A stretch of 64,000 nt of DNA, taken from the NCBI GenBank assembly GCA_907165135.1, contig OU015566.1, positions 13,082,001-13,146,000 of the forward strand, read 5' to 3'. This DNA is from Oikopleura dioica (lineage: Eukaryota; Animalia; Chordata). The notes under the pieces are model-generated. The model searched no databases. It worked only from the letters and a program-made list of their open reading frames with translations, and was not told the DNA's origin. A program made the position numbers and the translations under genes. This document shows, one piece after another, positions 55,601 to 64,000 of the stretch (the first letter of the stretch is position 1; every line of letters begins with the position of its first letter).

Positions 55601-56990
55601 ATAAGCGTATACTTTTTATGATGAGTATAGCAGATTCCAATTAGATTTCTTATTCCAAGCGATTTGGTGTTGGTGTTCATTTTTGTACAAAAATAGACAG
55701 AAATTCACTTGTTGATAGCGTGATATCAAGAATCGTGTGGCGCAAGAGCATAGTAATAGACACTTGACGAGTTTTCACCGGTTGTTGATCATAACACGAT
55801 TGAGCCGCAATTGAGCTTGTCGCCAAATAATTTCAGCTTTAGTAGTGAGGTGCCTTTTCCGGCGCAAACCGTCGTGCCCTCTGTTGATTTTTTGCATCAT
55901 TTTAAGATGCAAAATTTGATTAGTAAAATAGGTGGTGGTCTAAACTTTGAAGTTCTTACGTGCGATAAGAACTTCGTGTGGCCTAAACTTTGATCGTTCC
56001 CATGTGAGATTCTTTGAGAAAGTGGCCTAAACTTTGAATTTCCCCGGAGGCGGTTCTGCCATCGGTGACTAGAGCACCGCCCGCTAAGGCCACTACGCTT
56101 TATGCAGACCAATAAGGTTTACGTTTTTCATTCAAGGTGATGACACACATAGAACTAGTCAGAGCGCCTCAGGGGAAATTCAAAGTTAAGACCACTTTCA
56201 CACATAGGAAGAATCAAAGTTTAGGCCACTTTCTCAAAGAATCGCACATGGGAACGATCAAAGTTTAGGCCACACGAAGTTCTTATCGCACGTAAGAACT
56301 TCAAAGTTTAGACCACCACCTATTTTATTAACTTCTTTGATGAAATAATAGAGAAGTGTCTAGATAACGCTGTTGTTAAGGGCATCTCTCGACTATTTAA
56401 AATTTCAGAACTCTATCTTACTATGTTCCTTCTAATTCGAAAAAAGTCTAAAAAGGTCGGGTCAGACAAAGTTGATGACACTCAAATTAAACCCAGGAAG
56501 CCGTGAGAATAGCGCTAGAAATCGAGTACCCATCATAGACGACTTCCTCCGACCGGTTTAGATAACAACTCCGCCTAGGAATTGAGTCAATTGACCCGAC
56601 ATGGCATGTTTTAAAAAGTCGTTACAGCGACAATTTTGATGAAATCGGCCTTTTTCGCCTTAATTCTTTAATTTTTTGAAAAAATATCACGTTTACCAGC
56701 ACTCACTGGATTTACGCTAATGACATGTTTATTGAATTTGGCGCGTAGACACTGTCAGGACGCGATTAAAAAGCAAAAGGTTAACCGGCGGCACAGACAA
56801 ATACAAAGAATTCATGGTGACGATCAGAAAAGATCATGGAAAGGAAAATCTACAGATTGAGTATCACGAGAGCTACTGGGAGCAACATGCTTCGCTGGTG
56901 CGAGAGCGCATTCCGCGCTTTCTGGAGGGCTACGCCGAGAAGATCCTCAAAACGGGCAAATATCTAAACGTAGTGGCAGAATGTGGGAAA
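49622..56990 (+). CDS. TUBGCP2: Gamma-tubulin complex component 2, 5' portion; remaining exons not found in the window
   Basis: MSDEFKIHH...KNRTRYVT...YDELK|SKNVRVLDGLVFIL; IGALPTESQ|ESELVRDLL; FGMVAHAF; exon 51199-51272; exon 53666-53850 GDP...AAACEPY...WMQKG; exon from 56797 DKYKEFMV..YWEQ...IPRFL...KILKTGKYLNVVAECG. Confidence 0.93.
52113..52532. mobile_element. 420-bp MITE, hAT-like, in a TUBGCP2 intron
   Basis: TIR CAGAG(C/T)TGG(T)AAAAAAGTATACTTC; perfect 8-bp TSD GTCTGGAT at 52105-52112 and 52533-52540; repeated GAAGTATACTTC palindromes and GAAGGGCG motifs. Confidence 0.9.
54172..54329. repeat. Inverted repeat with 31-bp arms (30/31 match), probable MITE remnant
   Basis: gaaagctcagcttctgaggattgggggaaag (54172-54202) versus ctttcccccaatcctcagaatctgagctttc (54299-54329). 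Confidence 0.75.
55929..56322. mobile_element. MITE with ~120-bp TIRs built of direct sub-repeats (Tc1-like IR/DR organisation, probable TA TSD)
   Basis: taggtggtggtctaaactttgaag...gtggcctaaactttga is mirrored by tcaaagtttaggccac...gaccaccaccta; GTGG(T/C)CTAAACTTTGA recurs three or more times per end. Confidence 0.8.
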
Positions 56991-59684
56991 GGGGGATGAA
57001 TTCCTAGAGCGAGAGGAATGCGCAAAAACGAGCGCCCGTGTCGCCGCCGCTTTCGTAGTAGAACTACTACTCAGTCACTCACTGAATCAGTCACCCGCGC
57101 TGACTCTTGGCTGAGTAGTAGATTTATCTTAGTACCCAAGGCTCCTCTTTACTGAAAGCTGACATCTGGCCAGTATCTTGGGGATGAATATGTTTTTTGA
57201 GAATTGCAAATCCGGGACTTTCAAATTCATTCCCCCTTTTTAAAGTCACGACATTGCGCACCGCCGCGAGCTGCTAAAGTACCTCGCTAATCCGCGACTC
57301 TTGGAGAAGCCCATCAACACGTGTTACAACCATTCGTCTCAATGTGAGTATCCCGGGGATCCCCTAAATTCCCCTGCTGGATAAATCAGTTGCTAACCAC
57401 CTGCATGTTCTTCAAAAATGACTTGATCAGGATTTGGTCAATTTAGTCAGTGTTTACTTGCCAAACTGGAATTTTAGGGATTCAAGTGATCAGTCTGAAA
57501 ATTGGGATATTGATGGGGAACCCCTTATTATGAACTTCTTTTCAAAGGAGAAGTTGAACTTTCGCGAACTTGTAGAGCAAAAATCCTTAAATTCGTAAGT
57601 CTGGTATTTTGAACAGATTCAACAGATGTTCGTCAATTACCTTACTCTTCGTTTTGGGTTTGTGGTGCGCGGAAACCGCAAATTTCGGCCATTAAGATGC
57701 CTCGACTTGGGCACCTGTAGCAATTGCCCTATTTCACGCATTCAATCGCGAACAAGAAAAATATAACCTTCGATGAAAATTGCCGTTTTTAGTTGGCAAG
57801 GCTTTTGGTCAAATTGAAACGTCCGAATCTGATTATTGAAAATGGAAGGTAGAGCAATTTGAAGAATTAAAATGTAATTATCTTTTTTATTTTTGTTTGA
57901 TGGAAGCTCTAGTTTGTCTATTTTCATGTTTGTAATTGTCCAAAAATGGAACTATTCCTAGCTTCATATTAAGTTGTTATTGTTGTCAATCAATGGCGAA
58001 GTGGGTAATTCGATAAAACGGAGTTTTGAAGTGGAATTGATCGGATAAATTGGTAGAAAGCAGTTTCTTTCTTTCAAGTTAACTTCTGACTAAGACTTAG
58101 TCTTTCGTAATTGTCGTCGCAAAGCTAGACATTTGCGTCGTGAAAGATGCTGAGCGGAGTGAGTTGGAACCAGTGGTGTTGAAGTGACGTCACTTTTTGC
58201 GCGAGCACCAGGCGAAGTCACGAGAATTCTGAGTGGCGAAAAAACAGCCCAGACTTATGAATCTCTGAGTTGGCGTTTTTTCGACCATTGACGAGCTCGG
58301 GGACCTTCTATCGGGGTGCGAGGTGTCACGTGGGTCTGCCACGATTGACGTGTTTTATTAGTTATTCGAGGGTTTTGCTAAGGAACTGACTCAGAAGTCA
58401 TGATGTTCCGATGTTTTTGAGCCTTTTTTGTTGGTTATTTTTGCTCTAAATTTCGAGGGTCTATTATAGTTTCATCTCTTCTGCAAAATACCTGAAAGTC
58501 GTGTCTTATTAGCACGGGAGAGGCGCATGAATTGCTCAACACAGGGCGATCTGTAATCTGACCGCAGTATTTTCGCGAAATCACAATTTTGGTCGCGTTC
58601 GACGAAGCACGAGACAGAGTCAATTGAGGCCTTCTCCATTTTTAAACCAGTCTTTTTAAATCGCCATAATTTTATTGTGAAAATACGGCGAAATGGCCTC
58701 AGTCTACTGAAGTATGTGTAGGCTTCCCGCACCATTTTTCTATTTTCTAGGTTCTCTGGCCGAATCTAACCAAACTTGCTGGACATATGCATCAAGACAA
58801 GCTATGAAAAACTGCACTAGCCGATTTTTCGAAATGAGTCTCTTTGACACCTTTTTTGGGTGTTTTTTGACGAGAAAAAGCACTAAAGTGATTAGAAGCT
58901 GATTAGAAGTGCCTTCCCACCGGGTCAGACATTCAAGAGTACCCTTGGAAGAAAGCTAAGGGTCGATTCTATCGACACACCAAAAATTGGTTTTGCACCT
59001 TGATGTTATCAGTAGTATCTGATGCCTCAAAGTTGACTGAAATCGTCAGATACGAAAATTCAAGATTTTCAACTTTTGATAAACGCGAGCTATGATGACG
59101 TTCTATAGCTCAAATTAAAGCTTATGAATCACTAAACTCACTGAACCGGTTTTTACCTAACCAGCCGGTCATTCTAGCGGTTTACCGCGGTTAAACGCTT
59201 TTTATTGAATATTTTCACTCAAAAACGAAATAAAACCATGAAATGAGTCAAACCAGAGCCTTCTGGTGGTCAACTTGAGCTAACCGGGGCGAACCGGACG
59301 GTTGATAAGGCGGTTCAAAGCGGTTCAGGCAGAAAAATGATCGAAAATACAGCAATATGCACATGAAATTGCTCCTTATTACAAGACAAACATTTTGAAC
59401 ATATTTTTGAACCGAAACAACAAACCATGTGGTCGATAAAGCCGTCCGATGCGGTTCATCGCGGTTCATGCTAATAAATAGTCAGAAATATGGCAATATG
59501 TATATCAAATTGCTTCTTTTCTGAACATTAACATTTTTGAAATATTTTCGAATCGATCAAGCTAACCGAGTGGTCGATAAGGCGGTTCAGGGCGGTTCAT
59601 CGCGATTCAAGATCAAAAATTTAAAATTGTAAAACAAGAAAAATGATACTTTTTCTATTCATTGCGCCTGTAGGCGATGATTGT

Positions 59685-60756
59685 CAGTCCCGTCTCTTGA
59701 AATCAGCAAGGTTAGGGGCCAAGCCGACCCGAAGGGGAGGCCAGTCCCGTCTCTTGAATTAAATTAAGTAAGGGACCAAGCCGACCCGAAGGGGAGGCCA
59801 GTCCCGTCTCTTGAATTCAGCAAGGTAGGCGGCCAAGCCGACCCGAAGGGGAGGCCAGTCCCGTCTCTTGAATTCAGCAAGGTAAGGGGCCAAGCCGAAC
59901 CGAAGGGGAGGCCAGTCCCGTCTCTTGAATTCAATCAGGTAAGGGACCAAGCCGACCCTAAGGGGAGGCAAGTCCCTACTCTTGAATTCAGCAAGGTTAG
60001 GGGCCAAGCCGACCCGAAGGGGAGGCCAGTCCCGTCTCTTGAATTTAGCAAGGTTAGGGGCCAAGCCGACCCGAAGGGGACGCCAGTCCCGTCTCTTGAA
60101 TTCAGCAAGGTAAGGGGCCAAGCCGACCCGAAGGGGACGCCAGTCCCGTCTCTTGAATTCAGCAAGGTTAGGGACCAAGCCGACCCGAAGGGGAGGCCAG
60201 TCCCGTCTCTTGAATTCAGCCAGGTAAGGGGCCAAGCCGACCCGAAGGGGAGGCCAGTTCTGTCTCTTGAATTCAGCAAGGTAAGGGACCAAGCCGACCC
60301 GAAGGGGAGACCAGTCCCGTCTCTTGAATTCAGCCAGGTTAGGGGCCAAGCCGACCCGAAGGGGAGGCCAGTTCTGTCTCTTGAATTCAGCAAGGTAAGG
60401 GACCAAGCCGACCCGAAGGGGAGACCAGTCCCGTCTCTTGAATTCAGCCAGGTTAGGGGCCAAGCCGACCCGAAGGGGAGGCCAGTTCTGTCTCTTGAAT
60501 TCAGCAAGGTAAGGGACCAAGCCGACCCGAAGGGGAGGCCAGTTCCGTCTCTTGAATTCAGCAAGGTAAGGGACCAAGCCGACCCGAAGGGGAGGCCAGT
60601 CCCGTCTCTTGAATTCAGCAAGGTAAGGGGCCAAGCCGACCCGAAGGGGAGGCAAGTCCCGTCTCTTTAATTCAATCAGGTAAGGGACCAAGCCGACCCG
60701 AAGGGGAGGCAACTCCCTACTCTTGAATTCAGCAAGGTTAGGGGCAAAGCTGACCC
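59685..60756. repeat. 60-bp minisatellite array, about 18 units (left arm)
   Basis: Unit ggccagtcccgtctcttgaattcagcaaggtaaggggccaagccgacccgaaggggga with point variants. Confidence 0.95.
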
Positions 60757-61517
60757 TAACCCCTTTTGGGATCCCGAATGTTTCGGGATTACCCGAACTG
60801 TTCGCAGTGTAAATGAGCCTTTTTGTCTTCAAACCTTTCGGGGATGATTCTCAATAATTTCTGTCCAAGAAAATATTATAAGGCAAATAGTTACGTCTGA
60901 GAACATCTTAATTGAAGCAAATGAAGGCACGAAGGAACAAAATAATATACTTGAACAGTTGGATTTTTAACCCATGAAAATCTCTATAAGACAGGCGCGG
61001 AGCGAACACATTCTCTGTGACTGCAAGTTCACCATTGATAAATGGTATGGCCTTCTTAGACCATCCAATTTGACGAAGGCAGATAGAATTATCTTTTTGA
61101 TAAGTAAAATGTCCGAATTCGGCATTTATACGCGCGCGAGTTCCAGCATTTAGCTTTTCTATTCTGTCAGAACGACTTATAGTGACATAAATTGAACCAA
61201 CATGATCGGAAGTCGATTAAAACAAGGAGTGAAAACCAAAGCGAGTTTTGAAGGAAAAGTGACCTCGTTTCAAGAACTCACTTCTGATGAGCTGGATGAA
61301 AAATGGTTGCGATAGCAGTTCGGTTTCTTTTCGCATTTTGCAATGAAAAATTTTAATGGAAAAATTGTTTGAGTATTAATTTTTTGAAAAGGGAAAATCA
61401 CGTTGAGTAATATTTGTATGTTTGCCCCGAACCTTGTTATGTATGCAAACAAAAATGCAAACATAAACGCATTGTTTGTTTAGGTTGATAACGCCTCGGC
61501 ACCATTACCATACTACT

Positions 61518-62998
61518 GGACTGGCCTCCCCTTCGGGTCGGCTTGGCCCCTTACCTTGCTGAATTAAAGAGACGGGACTGGCCTCCCCTTCGGGTCGGCT
61601 TGGCCCCTAACCTTGCTGAATTCAAGAGACGGGACTGGCCTCCCTTCGGGTCGGCTTGGCCCCTAACCTGGCTGAATTCAAGAGACGGGACTGGCCTCCC
61701 CTTCGAGTCGGCTTGGTCCCTTACCTTGCTGAATTCAAGAGACGGGACTGGCCTCCCCTTCGGGTCGGCTTGGTCCCTTACCTTGCTGAATTCAAGAGAC
61801 GGAACTGGCCTCCCCTTCGGGTCGGCTTGGCCCCTTACCTTGCTGAATTCAAGAGACGGGACTGGCCTCCCCTTCGGGTCGGCTTGGCCGCCTACCTTGC
61901 TGAATTCAAGAGACGGGACTGGCCTCCCCTTCGGGTCGGCTTGGCCCCTTACCTGGCTGAATTCAAGAGACGGGACTGGCCTCCCTTCGGGTCGGCTTGG
62001 CCCCTAACTTTGCTGAATTCAAGAGACGGGACTGTCCTCCCCTTCGGGTCGGTTTGGCCCTTAACCTGGCTGAATTCAAGAGACGGGACTTGCCTCCCTT
62101 TCTGGTCGGCTTGGTCCCTAACCTGGCTGAATTCAAGAGACGAAACTGGCCTCCCCTTCGGGTCGGCTTGGCCCCTAATCTGGCTGAATTCAAGAGACGG
62201 GACTGGCCTCCCTTCGAGTCGGCTCGGTCCCTTACCTTGCTGAATTCAAGAGACGGGACTGGCCTCCCCTTCGGGTCGGCTTGGCCCCTAACCTTGCTGA
62301 ATTCAAGAGACAGAACTGGCCTCCCCTTCGGGTCGGCTTGGCCCCTTACCTGGCTGAATTCAAGAGACGGGACTGGCCTCCCCTTCGGGTCGGCTTGGCC
62401 CCTAACCTGGCTGAATTCAAGAGACGAAACTGGCCTCCCCTTCGGGTTGGCTTGGCCCCTAACCTGGCTGAATTCAAGAGACGGGACTGGCCTCCCCTTC
62501 GAGTCGGCTTGGTCCCTTACCTTGCTGAATTCAAAAAACGGGACTGGCCTCCCCTTCGGGTCGGCTTGGTCCCTTACCTTGCTGAATTCAAGAGACGGAA
62601 CTGGCCTCCCTTCGGGTCGGCTTGGTCCCTTACCTTGCTGAATTCAAGAGACAGAACTGGCCTCCCTTCGGGTCGGCTTGGCCCCTAACCTGGCTGAATT
62701 CAAGAGACGGGACTGGTCTCCCTTCGGGTCGGCTTGGTCCCTTACCTTGCTGAATTCAAGAGACAGAACTGGCCTCCCTTCGGGTCGGCTTGGCCCCTTA
62801 CCTGGCTGAATTCAAGAGACGGGACTGGCCTCCCCTTCGGGTCGGCTTGGTCCCTAACCTTGCTGAATTCAAGAGACGGGACTGGCCTCCCCTTCGGGTC
62901 GGCTTGGTCCCTTACTTAATTTAATTCAAGAGACGGGACTGGCCTCCCCTTCGGGTCGGCTTGGCCCCTAACCTTGCTGATTTCAAGAGACGGGACTG
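61518..62998. repeat. 59/60-bp minisatellite array, about 25 units (right arm, inverted)
   Basis: Reverse complement of the left unit; CCC versus CCCC variants shift the ORF frames. Confidence 0.95.
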
Positions 62999-64000
62999 AC
63001 AATCATCGCCTACAGGCGCAATGAATAGAAAAAGTATCATTTTTCTTGTTTTACAATTTTAAATTTTTGATCTTGAATCGCGATGAACCGCCCTGAACCG
63101 CCTTATCGACCACTCGGTTAGCTTGATCGATTCGAAAATATTTCAAAAATGTTAATGTTCAGAAAAGAAGCAATTTGATATACATATTGCCATATTTCTG
63201 ACTATTTATTAGCATGAACCGCGATGAACCGCATCGGACGGCTTTATCGACCACATGGTTTGTTGTTTCGGTTCAAAAATATGTTCAAAATGTTTGTCTT
63301 GTAATAAGGAGCAATTTCATGTGCATATTGCTGTATTTTCGATCATTTTTCTGCCTGAACCGCTTTGAACCGCCTTATCAACCGTCCGGTTCGCCCCGGT
63401 TAGCTCAAGTTGACCACCAGAAGGCTCTGGTTTGACTCATTTCATGGTTTTATTTCGTTTTTGAGTGAAAATATTCAATAAAAGCGTTTAACCGCGGTAA
63501 ACCGCTAGAATGACCGGCTGGTTAGGTAAAACCGGTTCAGTGAGTTTAGTGATTCATAAGCTTTAATTTGAGCTATAGAACGTCATCATAGCTCGCGTTT
63601 ATCAAAAGTTGAAAATCTTGAATTTTCGTATCTGACGATTTCAGTCAACTTTGAGGCATCAGATACTACTGATAACATCAAGGTGCAAAACCAATTTTTG
63701 GTGTGTCGATAGAATCGACCCTTAGCTTTCTTCCAAGGGTACTCTTGAATGTCTGACCCGGTGGGAAGGCACTTCTAATCAGCTTCTAATCACTTTAGTG
63801 CTTTTTTCTCGTCAAAAAACACCCAAAAAAGGTGTCAAAGAGACTCATTTCGAAAAATCGGCTAGTGCAGTTTTTCATAGCTTGTCTTGATGCATACGTC
63901 CAGCAAGTTTGGTTAGATTCGGCCAGAGAACCTGGAAAATAGAAAAAGGTGCGGGAAGCCTAAGTATGTGACAAAGTTTTGAATGCACTAAAGTGCTTGT

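Larger units (their letters stand above)
58719..63962. mobile_element. 5.24-kb foldback element: ~965-bp near-identical inverted arms, inverted 60-bp minisatellite arrays and a ~760-bp spacer
   Basis: Ends TAGGCTTCCC...GGGAAGCCTA; 8-bp TSD AGTATGTG at 58711-58718 and 63963-63970; the identical 73-aa ORF appears on opposite strands (59248-59469 and 63214-63435). Confidence 0.93.

Noticed and set aside
59248-59469. 73-aa ORF duplicated at 63214-63435 as a gene pair
   Set aside because: It is simply the mirror image within the foldback arms; no homology recognised.
61543-62919. Overlapping repeat ORFs (154-214 aa) as real proteins
   Set aside because: By-products of stop-free minisatellite frames that switch at 59-bp units.
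59685-62998. CRISPR array
   Set aside because: The units are contiguous near-identical 60-mers with no unique spacers, there are no cas genes, and the context is eukaryotic.

Overview
Eukaryotic, intron-containing, gene-dense animal DNA. Many ~40-50 nt introns, TTTAG-type acceptors directly before start codons, tightly packed same-strand genes, a GG-AG intron and the gene content fit a larvacean tunicate such as Oikopleura; this is inferred, not shown. The left ~39 kb is compact: chitin synthase, STOML2, a Polo-like kinase, dynactin p150 (DCTN1), a small secreted peptide, a secreted GH9 cellulase fused to an expansin-like module, a CFAP97-domain gene, a Cys-rich orphan membrane protein, an F-box gene, an ODAD3/CCDC151-like gene, a RING-H2 ligase and PACSIN. 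The right ~25 kb holds only PIN1 and a partial TUBGCP2, whose introns are inflated by non-autonomous DNA transposons, several with clean 8-bp target-site duplications. It ends in a 5.2-kb foldback element with ~1-kb inverted arms plus 60-bp minisatellite arrays. Best leads: the intron-containing GH9-expansin fusion, a 49-nt intron made almost entirely of telomeric repeats, the foldback element, a GC-AG intron with inverted ends, and a nested antisense IQ-like gene in PIN1. Gene models were assembled by eye, so exon boundaries are approximate unless stated.
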